DNA from: Acidimicrobiia bacterium | GTDB taxonomy: Bacteria; Actinomycetota; Acidimicrobiia; Spongiisociales; ZC4RG35 | Reading direction: 5' to 3' | Length of the DNA stretch: 64,000 nt | Assembly (NCBI GenBank): GCA_036555105.1 | Contig: DATBMA010000062.1 | Coordinates: 7,063-71,062 of the forward strand | Shown: positions 24,198-36,704 of the stretch, one piece after another | Layout: each line of letters begins with the position of its first letter | How positions within the stretch are numbered: the stretch's first letter is position 1 | Program-made: the position numbers and the translations under genes | Notes under the pieces: generated by a model | Databases searched by the model: none | Told to the model about the DNA's origin: nothing | Seen by the model: only the letters and a program-made list of their open reading frames with translations

Positions 24198-24748
24198 TTG
24201 TGGCGGCGGAACAGGTTCTTGAACCAGGCTGCCAGGCTGGCGAAGAACAGCGAGATGCCCTTGACCTCGCCCGCTTTGATGGCCGCGGCCTCCTCGGCGG
24301 TGCCCGCCTCGAGCTTTCCTTCCAGGCACTGGGCGAACTCGCCTATGAGACGCGACGACATCTCGTTGATCAGGCCGGTGCGACCGAACTGGGCAGCGGC
24401 ACCGCTCAAGGTGACATCGGCCTCGATCTTGACATCGGTTCCTCCCTCGGCCGGGGCGATTGAATAGCCCACCTTCACTTGACCGCGGCTCCCTCCTTTG
24501 CGGTCGACGCCGGTGCCGTCGATCACACAGGTCCGGGTGCTCGAGTCGGGGTTGATCAACGCCTCACCCTCGAAGACCGCATGGAGGGGCCCGAGCTTGA
24601 CCGAGACCTTGCCAATGCAAGTGCCGTCCTCAGCCACCGAGATGAGCTCGGCACCGGGCATGCAGGCGGCGACAGCCGGCACGTCCTGGAAGAAGTCCCA
24701 CACGACGTCGGGCGTGCGCGCAACCTGGAATTGATGCGTCATCTTCAT
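24194..24748 (-). CDS. coxG: SRPBCC-fold protein of the CoxG family (carbon monoxide dehydrogenase subunit G-like).
   Basis: It begins MKMTHQFQVARTPDVVWDFFQDVPAVAACMPGAELI and is 184 aa long. Confidence 0.75.
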   Translation of the reverse strand: MKMTHQFQVARTPDVVWDFFQDVPAVAACMPGAELISVAEDGTCIGKVSVKLGPLHAVFEGEALINPDSSTRTCVIDGTGVDRKGGSRGQVKVGYSIAPAEGGTDVKIEADVTLSGAAAQFGRTGLINEMSSRLIGEFAQCLEGKLEAGTAEEAAAIKAGEVKGISLFFASLAAWFKNLFRRHK

Positions 24749-24766
24749 GGCACGGGACGGTAGCCG

Positions 24767-25804
24767 TCAGGCCGAATTGCGACGCCCGTTGAGAGAGCCT
24801 CCGTCTCGTCCGCGCCGACTGGCGAGGATCTCAGCCATGATCGACCACGCGATCTCCACCGGCCCCTCGGCTCCCATGTCGAGACCGGCCGGGCCCCGCA
24901 GGTTGGCCATGTCTTGGGACCCAACCTCAACGCCCTCGGCCGCCAGATCCTCGAGCATCCTTTGAGTTCGAGCCGATGGCCCCAGGCAGCCGATGTAGCC
25001 GACGCCGGTGCCGAGGACCGATCGGAGGTAGTCGAGGTCGCGCAGATAGTTGTGAGACATGATCACCACCGAGGTGGATGGGCCAGTTGGGACGTGCTTG
25101 GCCAGGTCGATTGGCTGGCAATTGACCAGGGTGGTCGCCTCCGGGAACCGCTCGCGGTTGAGGAACCCTGTGCGGTCGTCGACCAAGATGACTTCGAACC
25201 CGAGCTCCCACCCGAACCTGACGAGCGGCACCGCATCGTGCCCGGCACCGCACACCACCAGCAGAGGCGGGCCTGCCATGACCTCCACCAGCGCGTGCCC
25301 CATCTTCGTCTCCGCCCTGGCATTGCGCCCTGCCGTCAGGGCTTGCTCGACAGCTTCCCCCTGAGATCGATCACCGGATCCGACCGCATAGTGGGCTCCC
25401 AACTCGGCTCCGTCGAGCGGGTGGATGATGGCAGCGGCCCTGCCCCCTTTGACGATCTCGACAAGCTTCCTCGCCCCTTCTGCCGGCTCGACCAGCAGCT
25501 CGGTGGCGCCGTTGCAGCCGATCCCCCATCCCCACACCGCCTCGTCGTCGGCGGTGAGGTCGAACTCGACCAACTGCGGGGAGCCGGACTCGATGACCTT
25601 CATCGCCACTTCCTGTAGGTCTCGATCCAGGCACCCACCGGAGACGGTCCCCACCGAAGCACCATCAGCTGCGACCAGCTGGCGGGCGCCCAAGCCTCTG
25701 TAGGTGGAGCCGCGCACCCCGACCACGGTCGCCAGCGCGAATTCGATGCCGCGCGCCGACCACTCCTCGATCGAGGTGAATATGCGCTCACTGTCACCGG
25801 CCAC
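24767..25804 (-). CDS. xdhC: XdhC/CoxI-family molybdoenzyme maturation factor.
   Basis: It has the XdhC_CoxI N-terminus (GSTYRGLGARQ...GTVSGGCLD) and a Rossmann-like C-terminal domain (VVCGAGHDAV). Confidence 0.8.
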   Translation of the reverse strand: MAGDSERIFTSIEEWSARGIEFALATVVGVRGSTYRGLGARQLVAADGASVGTVSGGCLDRDLQEVAMKVIESGSPQLVEFDLTADDEAVWGWGIGCNGATELLVEPAEGARKLVEIVKGGRAAAIIHPLDGAELGAHYAVGSGDRSQGEAVEQALTAGRNARAETKMGHALVEVMAGPPLLVVCGAGHDAVPLVRFGWELGFEVILVDDRTGFLNRERFPEATTLVNCQPIDLAKHVPTGPSTSVVIMSHNYLRDLDYLRSVLGTGVGYIGCLGPSARTQRMLEDLAAEGVEVGSQDMANLRGPAGLDMGAEGPVEIAWSIMAEILASRRGRDGGSLNGRRNSA

Positions 25805-25837
25805 GACGATCAGGTTACCGACGGGGCGGGAATCGGC

Positions 25838-26320
25838 TCACTGATGTTCGGTGTCGCCGCCGAGCAAATCCAGGGCATGGCCGACCACAGGAAGGACCGC
25901 CTGCAGCCCTGACCTGGCTCCGGCCGGGCTCCCCGGCAGGTTGATGATCAGCGTGCTGCCACGCCCTCCCGCCCGCGGCCGGGAAAGGGCGGCCATGGGG
26001 GTGGATTCGATCCCCCTGGCCAGCATCAGGTGGACCAACCCCGGGGCCTCCCGCTCGAGGATCTCGGCCGTCGCCTCGGGGGTCACATCCCGCGGGCCGA
26101 AGCCGGTGCCCCCGGTCGTGAGCAGCAGATCGCAGGCGTCGGCCAGATCCGCCAGCGCGCTTGCAATGGCGGCTCGATCGTCGGGAACCACTCCCCTCGC
26201 CACCACCTCGAAACCTGCCGCAGTGAGGTCTTCCTGTAGAGCGTGCCCCGAGTCGTCCTGCCTGGTCCCGGCGGCAACCCCATCCGAGACCGTGAGGACC
26301 GCCGCCCGGCGCCGGGTCAC
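25838..26320 (-). CDS. mogA: Molybdenum cofactor biosynthesis protein of the MogA/MoaB family.
   Basis: The start was set at GTG 26320, which overlaps the upstream stop as GTGA. It has the MogA-like core LTVSDG...LLLTTGGTGFGPRDVTPEA...INLPGSP. The remainder of the track ORF 25838-26839 is an unsupported Arg/Gly-rich extension. Confidence 0.75.
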   Translation of the reverse strand: MTRRRAAVLTVSDGVAAGTRQDDSGHALQEDLTAAGFEVVARGVVPDDRAAIASALADLADACDLLLTTGGTGFGPRDVTPEATAEILEREAPGLVHLMLARGIESTPMAALSRPRAGGRGSTLIINLPGSPAGARSGLQAVLPVVGHALDLLGGDTEHQ

Positions 26321-27168
26321 TGCGCGAAGAAGCCGTCTGGATTCGGTGGGAGCGGGATGCCCCTGGAGAGGAAGAACCGAAAGACAACCAGCGTGACCAC
26401 GAACGTGCCCGCCAAACCCCAGGAGAAATTCTGCTCCACCGGGTACTGAGGAGCCTGGACATGTTTGGTGCCTGGGCTGGCCAACAGAGTGATCAAGGTG
26501 AACGCCGCTCCCAAGGGGACGGCGGCGATCAACCCGGTACCGGGATCGGGGAGGAAGAAGGGGACAGCCAACAGTGCTCCCAGGACCCCCGCCAGCACCG
26601 CCACCCTCGCCACGAAGCCCAACCGCTTGCGGGGCCCGGCAATATCGTCGCGGGAGGGGGCGTAGGCGAGGAAGGCAGGGGCCGCCGCCAGAGACACGAG
26701 CAGGATCCCGATCGCCCCGGCGGCACCGATCACCACGTCGAACCCACCCGGGAGATCGAGGGTGGCGAGGGCCTTCGTGAGGTCGGCGTCGGAGTCGAAC
26801 GGGACCATGGCCATTTGCACGAAGCCCTGACGGAAGCAATGGAGGATCAGCCAGAGGACCGCAAGCCGGGAGGCATCATGGGCACGGCTGCCCGGGTAGA
26901 TCGCCAGGAAGATGATCCCCGCGACGATCGAAGCGGCTGCACCAGCGGCCAGGGCCAGATCCGATCCCCCGGTCGTGAACTCGACGCGGTTGTTGTAGAG
27001 CACAGGGCCCCGGTCCAACAGCGCTCCCACCACCCACCGGCCGAGTGAGTCGATGAAGAATGCGAACACGACGCCGAGGGCGGCGGCGATCGTGGAGTTG
27101 ATGGTGAGGATGGTGGTTGGCGCCAACCGGCGCTTCTCCACCACCTGCTCGGCGGTCATCGATCCCAA
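26317..27168 (-). CDS. Multi-pass integral membrane protein, hypothetical.
   Basis: It has 283 aa and about 7 hydrophobic helices. It is the first gene of the mogA-xdhC-coxG-cupredoxin operon. Confidence 0.55.
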   Translation of the reverse strand: MGSMTAEQVVEKRRLAPTTILTINSTIAAALGVVFAFFIDSLGRWVVGALLDRGPVLYNNRVEFTTGGSDLALAAGAAASIVAGIIFLAIYPGSRAHDASRLAVLWLILHCFRQGFVQMAMVPFDSDADLTKALATLDLPGGFDVVIGAAGAIGILLVSLAAAPAFLAYAPSRDDIAGPRKRLGFVARVAVLAGVLGALLAVPFFLPDPGTGLIAAVPLGAAFTLITLLASPGTKHVQAPQYPVEQNFSWGLAGTFVVTLVVFRFFLSRGIPLPPNPDGFFAQ

Positions 27169-27232
27169 TGCTAGAGGGGGTCTCCCCTCCGGCCTGTCCT
27201 CTCCGGATCTCCGACGTGGATAGCGTTGTCAG

Positions 27233-27646
27233 ATGACTTCGGAAGACGGCGTCGAGCCGATAGGGCCGACCTCCGGATCGGCGGTGGAGGACTCCATCCT
27301 CCGGGCGATCGCCCAAGGCGATTTCGACCAGCTTCCGGGAGCCGGGAAGCCGATTCCCGGGCGGGGGGTGGCAGACCCGCCCGGTTGGTGGGCGCAACGC
27401 CTCCTCGATGACGAGCGGCGACGACGCACGAGGGCACGGGAGGACGCACTACTGGAGGCAGAGTTGAGCGCCATCTGGATGCTCGAAATCGAGGCGGAAG
27501 CCAGGGCAGCCGCCGAGGACCTGGCTCGAAGGGTCACCTCGATCAACGCCGCACGGCTGGCGGAAGATGCATTTCCCACGCCCGAGCCCGATCAAGTTAT
27601 GGCTGAGTGGAGGGCGATGTCGGCGGCGCGCCGGGCCCGCCCCTAG
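27233..27646 (+). CDS. DUF1992 (DnaJ-C28-like) domain protein.
   Basis: It has the DUF1992 core IAQGDFDQLPGAGKPIPGRG and is 137 aa long. Confidence 0.5.
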   Translation: MTSEDGVEPIGPTSGSAVEDSILRAIAQGDFDQLPGAGKPIPGRGVADPPGWWAQRLLDDERRRRTRAREDALLEAELSAIWMLEIEAEARAAAEDLARRVTSINAARLAEDAFPTPEPDQVMAEWRAMSAARRARP

Positions 27647-30336
27647 CTGTGCTTGCGCCGCATCAGCCGCTGCAGGGTCTCCGACTCGGACAGGGTGGGG
27701 GGCGGCTGTCCCCCGGCCTCGGCCTCCTGCTTCTTCTCGTCGACCTGCTTGCGCCCGCGCACCTTGGCCGGGGTGAAGCCCGACTTCCATGCGGAGCTGT
27801 CGCCTGCGGTGAAGACCAGCCGTCGCAAGGCGACGTCGGCCAGGAAGAGGGCGAGGGCCAGGCCCACCAGCCATGGCCAGACACCGACCTCGGCGCTGCC
27901 CCTGACCGGCGCCGGATCGAAGACCGAGTCGGCTGCTGGGTCGATCCGCCCGCCGGTGGGGCCGGTCAGGTCGGTGGCCAGAGTCGGGTCGGGCTCGCGA
28001 AAGGCGAACTCCTCCTGGTAGCTGGAAACCGCCCCCGAGCTGGAGCCGGTGCGGGAGCCGTCCTCGCCGTCCAGCAGCACAGACACCCAGTAGGCGCCTG
28101 GCCCGGAGGCGGGCGCGTCGGCCACGAAGGTATCTGAGCCGAGGCGGCTCATCGGAACCAACACCACCTCGCCGCCGGGCAGGCGGATGCGGGCGGTGGC
28201 GGTGTCGTCGATGCCCGCCCCCTCGGCGGTGTAGCTGACCTTCACGCGCCCGTCCTCCACCGCGACCTCCGGCGGGTTGTCCCTGCCGGCCGGAAGGACG
28301 TCGCGCACGACCTTGCCCCAGAATTCCACGTACCCGTCCCAGTCGACCCAGAGGGATGACCAGCGGGCGGTTGCATCCGAGGTCCACACCGACGCCCGGC
28401 CGAGCCCGCGTTGCCAAGAGGCGAAGAGAGGATCTCCCGGCCCGATCTCGAGCGCGACCGAGGCGGTGCCCTTCGCCTTGGTGAGCACGTAACCGAGTAG
28501 CGCCGGCGAGCTCGTGAGGCCGGCCGTCACCTGCGACGGCGCCGCCAGGGCCGGGAAGAAGCTGCCCTCCTCGGCGAGGTTGCGGGCGACTGTCAGAGTC
28601 TCTTCCACGAAGATGTCGGGGATGGATTCGAGGTCGTCCCCCGGGTAGTAGCGGCCTCCGCCCAGCTCGGCCATGCGTTGCAGGGCGCTGCCAGGGCCCT
28701 CCCCGGTACCGAGAACCGAGAGGGTCACGCCGGCGTCGGCGATCTCGCGAGCGATTGGAAGGAGGTTGGCGTCGCTCGGGTCCCAGCCGTCGGTGAAAAG
28801 CACGATGTGCCGCAGCGACTCCGGCACGTCGCGCAGGCTGTCGAGCGCCACCTCCAGCGCCGCCGAAATCTCGGTGTCGCCGTTGGGGGTGATGGTGCCA
28901 AGTGCATCTCGCACCTCCGCTGTCCCCGGACGCTGTGCCAGCGGCAGCACCCAGCGGCTGCCCGAGGTGAAGGCCAGGACCCCCACCCGATCGGTGTCGG
29001 ACAACGCCTGGATCGCCAGCTCCGCCCCCGCCTTGGCGATGTCGGTCTTGACGACCCCGCCCTCCTGGGCATTGCCACTGTTGCAATGGCAGGCCGCCAT
29101 CGAGCCGGATGAGTCGATGACCAGTACCTCGGCCACCGGCTGGCGCCGCACCAGGTCGTCGGGATTGGAGGAGACGGGCAGGACCGACTCCAGCGCCGTG
29201 AGGTGATAATCACCGAGCCCGAAGGATTGGTCGCCGCCGATCACCACCAGGCCCCGCCCCAGGTCCTCGACGAACGAGGCGAGGGCCGCGGCGGAGGCAT
29301 CTGAAGGACGGTCCACGTTCACCAGGACCACGGCGTCGTAAGTCAGCAGCTGCTCCGGCCCGGGAATGGTGCCAACCAACTCGACATTGATCCCTCCGGC
29401 CTCGAGTGCCCTGGTGACCTCGTCCGCCTCGCCTTCAACTCCCTCGACCACCGCCACTTTGGCCGGGCCAAGGACCCGAGTGATCCCCTCGGCTTCGTCG
29501 TTCTCGGGCCGCTCGTCGAAGGGTGCCGTCAGCCTGGCGTCCACCCGCAGGAACCCGCTTTCGCCTGCCGGCACCTCCACTTCCACCTCGTTGCGGCCGG
29601 CTTCGAGCTCGATGTCCATCTCCTGGCGATCGGCGCCCGCCGTCACCACCAGATGGGCGGTCCCAGCGACGTTGGAGCGGATGACCACCGTGGCGGTGAC
29701 CATCTCACCCTGTCTGACCGATGAGGGAAGGCGGACCGACTCGACCAACCCATCTGCCGCCCGGCCCGGGTCCAGCGAGACCACGTCTACGGCGATGCCG
29801 GCCTCCTCCAGCTGGGTGACCACTTCCCTGGGATCGGCCCCGGTCGCCACCAGGTCGGTCAGCACGATGATCCGGCGGGAGCCCTCACTCGGCATCAAGG
29901 CCGCCGCCCCCCGCAGGGCGCCGGCCAGGTCAGAGGCCGACCCGTCCACTTCGGTGAGGATCGGGGCGAACAGTCGCCCAGGGGTGAAGGCTGACTCGAG
30001 GCGCAGCTCGGACCCGAACACCGCGATCGCGGACCGATCAGCAGGGCGACCCTGATCGAGGGCGGCCGCCAGGTATTGCTCCTGCAGCGCCCGCGCCTCC
30101 GATGAGATCGAGGCGGATCTGTCGAGGAGGAAGAGGACGTGCCGGTCTTCGACGGCGCGGTTGAGGATCGGAGCGGCCGCGGCCAGGACCAACAGCACCA
30201 GCGCCACGGTGCGGGCCACCACCGCCCAACGATGCTGGGAGCGCGGCACGGTGCGCCCCCCGCGTCTAGCAACGAAGTGCGCGATGAGCAACACCGGCAC
30301 CAGGGCGAGCAACCACCAGGGGTTCTCGAAGCTCAC
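27643..30336 (-). CDS. Large membrane-anchored von Willebrand factor A (VWA) domain protein (BatB-like) with a C-terminal TM helix.
   Basis: The start was set at GTG 30336, which overlaps the upstream stop as GTGA and gives a BatA_N-like start VSFENPWWLLALVPVLLIAHFVARRGG. It has the VWA motifs LFLLDRSASIS and VLVIDSSGSM, and a C-terminal TM segment WPWLVGLALALFLADVAL. Confidence 0.75.
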   Translation of the reverse strand: MSFENPWWLLALVPVLLIAHFVARRGGRTVPRSQHRWAVVARTVALVLLVLAAAAPILNRAVEDRHVLFLLDRSASISSEARALQEQYLAAALDQGRPADRSAIAVFGSELRLESAFTPGRLFAPILTEVDGSASDLAGALRGAAALMPSEGSRRIIVLTDLVATGADPREVVTQLEEAGIAVDVVSLDPGRAADGLVESVRLPSSVRQGEMVTATVVIRSNVAGTAHLVVTAGADRQEMDIELEAGRNEVEVEVPAGESGFLRVDARLTAPFDERPENDEAEGITRVLGPAKVAVVEGVEGEADEVTRALEAGGINVELVGTIPGPEQLLTYDAVVLVNVDRPSDASAAALASFVEDLGRGLVVIGGDQSFGLGDYHLTALESVLPVSSNPDDLVRRQPVAEVLVIDSSGSMAACHCNSGNAQEGGVVKTDIAKAGAELAIQALSDTDRVGVLAFTSGSRWVLPLAQRPGTAEVRDALGTITPNGDTEISAALEVALDSLRDVPESLRHIVLFTDGWDPSDANLLPIAREIADAGVTLSVLGTGEGPGSALQRMAELGGGRYYPGDDLESIPDIFVEETLTVARNLAEEGSFFPALAAPSQVTAGLTSSPALLGYVLTKAKGTASVALEIGPGDPLFASWQRGLGRASVWTSDATARWSSLWVDWDGYVEFWGKVVRDVLPAGRDNPPEVAVEDGRVKVSYTAEGAGIDDTATARIRLPGGEVVLVPMSRLGSDTFVADAPASGPGAYWVSVLLDGEDGSRTGSSSGAVSSYQEEFAFREPDPTLATDLTGPTGGRIDPAADSVFDPAPVRGSAEVGVWPWLVGLALALFLADVALRRLVFTAGDSSAWKSGFTPAKVRGRKQVDEKKQEAEAGGQPPPTLSESETLQRLMRRKHS

Positions 30337-32135
30337 GCCATTGCCTCCTTGCGCCGCAAGCCAGGTCGCTGATGGCCCACCCACCATTCGATCGCCATAA
30401 GGAGGAGAACCAGCCCGATGAACCATGGCGCCCACTCCCTTATCAACTGAGCCGCTTCCTGAGGGGCCCCGGGAGCATCGGCTGTGGCGATCTGACGCGA
30501 CGCTCCCGCCGACTCGTCAGAGACGAATGTCCTCACCGCCATAGGGCCGGGGCTGCTGGTGCCGTCCGCCTTCAGGTAGTCGACCCTGTAGAGACCGGGC
30601 AGGCCGGTGTCGGCAAAGGAAGCCGCTTCTGGCGGGAGGTCGCGGGTGGAGGCATCCGGGAGGGTGACCCTGGGAACGGTCCCGGCCGGGGCAGAGAGGG
30701 CGATGGGGGTGCCTGCCGTCTCGGAGGAAACCGTTCCAGCACCCGCCCCTGCCAGCCAATCGAGCAGCCTGGCTCCCAGGATCGGGAACCCGATCTGCAC
30801 CGGCAGGTTCGACTTGGAGATGTCGAACGTGAAGTATGCGACCCGCTGCCCTTCCACCTCGCCGAGGAGCACCAGCGGGACGTCCCCGGCTCTCACCAGA
30901 GGCAGCCAGCCTGGTGCATCCACCACTTGGGCTTCGGCCACCGCCACCTGTGAGAGATCGACGCCATCGAGGATGGGCTCCCCAGGCCGTTGCCAGGTGA
31001 CCACGGTGTTCCGTACCAGCTCCGTCGGTGTGATGCCGGCTGGCGGGGTCTCGGTGGCGATCACCCAGGCCGGCCTGTCGATGGTGGCACTCGCCCCGCC
31101 ATCGACCACCAGCAGCTCGGGCTCGCCTTCGCCACCGCCGGTGAAGCCAGGTGCGGCCTCGATCAGAGCAGCGAGGAATGGCGACCCCGAGCTGAGGCCT
31201 ACCTTCCTCTCCGGGCCTCCCCCCACCACCAGCACGGACTCGTCGTCGAGGCTCAGTGAGTCCTCCGTGTCGAGCAGCTGAACGGTGACCACGTCGCCGG
31301 GGCCGGCATCGACCGGGATCGTCTGCCTGGCCTCACCCAGCCCGGGCAACTCGAGGGTGACCACCCCGGCGGGCAGGCCGTTGACCGCCACCTCGGCCGC
31401 CACCGACTTGGCATCACCGCCGTAGTTCGAGAGCTGCAGGAACGCCCGCAGGCTTCCCTCGGTCGATGGCTCGATCGACCACGCACTCACTCCCACGTTG
31501 GGGCCGAAGTCGTCGATTCGGACCTGGCGGGCACCGGCGACCGGCTCCTCAGGCAGGGGGTCGGTGCCACCGTCGGAGAAGATCAGCAGGCTGGTCGGGC
31601 GATCGGGAGTGGCCAGGCCTCGACCCAGCCTGATGGCGGCAGAGAGGTCGCCGTTCCCGCCGGTCGCCTGAAGCGAAGTGATGGCGGCAATGACCAGGTC
31701 TGGATCCCGGGACAGGCCGGCGAGGACCCTGGGCTGCGCCCCGGCCTCCACCACCGACACCAGGTTGGCTTCAGAGATGTCGGCGACCATGGTCAGCGCC
31801 CGCTCCTTGGCCCGTTCCAGCCGCCCCGCCATCGCCATCGAGCCGGATACATCGAACACCATGACGGTGTGCGGGCCCAGCAGGGTGTCCTGCGAATAGA
31901 AGGGCCGGGCCAGGGTGAAGACCAGTGCAGCCAGCACCAAGAGTTGGAGCAGCAACAGAGGGGTGAGCCGCAGCTTCTGCCATGGGACCGCCGACGAAAC
32001 CGGAGCACCGACCTGCTCCCACAACAGAGTGCTCGGCACCTCCACCCGGCGCCGGCGGGAACGCAACATATAGAGGACAACCAGGGGGATGGCCAGGGAG
32101 GCCAGGCCCAAGGCGATCGGGGCCAGCAGGTTCAT
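30333..32135 (-). CDS. BatA-like VWA domain membrane protein.
   Basis: It has an N-terminal TM pair MNLLAPIALGLASLAIPLVVLYMLRSRRRR and the VWA motif VMVFDVSGSMAM. Its start overlaps the DUF58 stop as ATGA at 32132-32135. Confidence 0.75.
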   Translation of the reverse strand: MNLLAPIALGLASLAIPLVVLYMLRSRRRRVEVPSTLLWEQVGAPVSSAVPWQKLRLTPLLLLQLLVLAALVFTLARPFYSQDTLLGPHTVMVFDVSGSMAMAGRLERAKERALTMVADISEANLVSVVEAGAQPRVLAGLSRDPDLVIAAITSLQATGGNGDLSAAIRLGRGLATPDRPTSLLIFSDGGTDPLPEEPVAGARQVRIDDFGPNVGVSAWSIEPSTEGSLRAFLQLSNYGGDAKSVAAEVAVNGLPAGVVTLELPGLGEARQTIPVDAGPGDVVTVQLLDTEDSLSLDDESVLVVGGGPERKVGLSSGSPFLAALIEAAPGFTGGGEGEPELLVVDGGASATIDRPAWVIATETPPAGITPTELVRNTVVTWQRPGEPILDGVDLSQVAVAEAQVVDAPGWLPLVRAGDVPLVLLGEVEGQRVAYFTFDISKSNLPVQIGFPILGARLLDWLAGAGAGTVSSETAGTPIALSAPAGTVPRVTLPDASTRDLPPEAASFADTGLPGLYRVDYLKADGTSSPGPMAVRTFVSDESAGASRQIATADAPGAPQEAAQLIREWAPWFIGLVLLLMAIEWWVGHQRPGLRRKEAMA

Positions 32136-33014
32136 GCCACCGCCTCGGCCCCGGCCAGCGCCGCCAGCACCTGGTCGGCGGCTTCGGGCCCGGCAGGCAC
32201 CAGGACGTAGTCGAGCCCCGCCCGCCTGGCTCTCCCGGCCGCCCCTGCCGCGAAAGCCTCGAGGGCGGCCCGGTACTTGCGCATGGTCTCCTCGGAGGTG
32301 GAGACCGGGACCTCGCGCCCAGACTCCGCATCCGCCAGCCGCAAATCACCTGCCAGGGTCGGCTCCAGCTCCTCTTGACCGAGCACATGCAGCACCACTC
32401 CGCCGGAGGTCACCAGCAGCCCGTCCAGCGCCGACTGCCAGTCGGGCGACATGAGGTCGGAGACCAACACCAGCGAGCCGCGGTTGACGCCCTCTCCCGC
32501 CAGGCGCCTCACCGGCGGGCTCAGCTCCGCCCCCCCGACAGGTTCGATCTCCTCCAACCATCGCTCCAGCGCGGGCCATGACGACAGGTGCCGGCCGGCT
32601 GGGCCGGCAGCCCACGCCCTCCCCTCCGGCCCAGGTATCGAGTAGACCTGCACACGGTCCCCGCCTGCCAGGCCGAGGTACGCAACCATCCCCGCCAGCA
32701 CCCTCGCCGTATCGTGCTTCGAGTAGAAGCCCATCGACCGCGAGCGATCGAGCACGACCCTCACGGGCAGCTCTTCCTCGGCCTCGAAGCGCCGCACCAG
32801 CAGGACCCCGAGCCGTGCCCAGAGGTTATGGTCGATACGCCTGAAGTCGTCACCCGGCACGTATTCGCGGTAGTCGGCGAAGTCGAGGCTCTCGCCCTTG
32901 TGCTGCGAGCCGTGGCGTCCCGCCCACTGCGCTCTGACCCTCCGCCTCGCCACCAGCGAGAGTCGCTCGAGCCTTCCCCTCAGTTCGACCGGAAGCAGCA
33001 TGATGCGGCGCCTC

Positions 33015-35648
<2,634 letters not shown>

Positions 35649-35662
<14 letters not shown>

Positions 35663-36704
35663 TTCGTGACCTCCTGGTGAGGAAAGGCTTGGAGGCGGGT
35701 GCCCGCACCCAGGCAGCTGCCCTTATCAACGAGATGAGGGTGATTGTCAGGAATATGACGATCGTTCGCACCCAGATGGGTCCCCGTCGCAACGCCGGGG
35801 CCACCTGGGCGACCGCGGCAGCAGGGTCATCCTTGGGCAAGTCGACCGCGATCGCTCCATCGTCTCCCACCCCGATCACTCCTCCCCGCCCCACTCCCTC
35901 GAAGGGGACCGGGTTGAAGCCAACCCCCTGCCGCCGCAGGAGGACCTGGGTGAAGACCGCATATGGGCCGGCCTCCACCCCGGACTGGATCTCGTTGAGC
36001 GGTGCCACCACTGCGTCGACCATCCCGAAGTAGGGGTTGGGCCAGATCGTGTAGAGCTCGCGACCCTGGAACCCGAACGGGTCGCCGACGTTGTCGTTGG
36101 GCGAGAACACCAGCATCTCACCGATCATCAGGGCGAACGTGAAGAACCCTATGAGGAAGGCGATCACGTATGAGCCCGCCACGGCGGCTCTCGACGACTT
36201 GGCCCTGGCGGACACGTAGATCGAGACGCTGCCGAGGGTGACGGCGGTGAGGAGAATCATGCCGAGGGCGATGAGCACCTCGTCGACCCCCACTCCCCCG
36301 TACAGGAGGGGCAGCGCCATGACCGGGGTGATCGCCAGCAGGAGCAATAGGAGAAAGGCGAGCGATGACCAGAGCTTGCCCCCGATCAACTGCATGGGCT
36401 TGAGCTGAGTCACCTGCAGCAGCGGGAAGGTCTGCCGTTCACGCTCGCTGACAATGGCCAGGGCTGCCAGGCCGGGGACGACCATGATCACCGCGGTCAT
36501 GAGGACGAGAGTTATCCCCTCGAACATGAACCGGCCCATCAGGCCGGTGGCCACGAGGCGGCCCACCCCGGTGTAGCTCCCACGGGCCATCAGGTAGAGC
36601 AGGTAGACGAACAGGCCCACCAGCAGGGTCCAGGCGAACACCCAGAACGAAGCCCGGCGTGTGCGGAAGCGCTCCTTGACCTCGCGGGCGAGCACCGGGT
36701 TCAT
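35649..36704 (-). CDS. ABC-2 type transporter permease (NosY/GldF-like).
   Basis: The start was set at ATG 36704, which overlaps the ATPase stop as ATGA (reading MNPVLAREVKERF). It has six hydrophobic helices. Confidence 0.7.

Noticed and set aside
22263-24329. The longer 688-aa start for the cupredoxin/NosD protein at 24329.
   Set aside because: It would overlap the coxG coding region by 135 bp with an Arg/Gly-rich leader. The GTG at 24197 immediately precedes the signal peptide and forms a GTGA overlap with the coxG stop.
25838-26839. The 333-aa version of the mogA ORF, and the alternative-frame ORF 25815-26462.
   Set aside because: The MogA fold accounts for only the last 160 residues. 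A GTG at 26320 overlaps the upstream membrane-protein stop as GTGA. The upstream portion of the long ORF overlaps the real membrane-protein gene.
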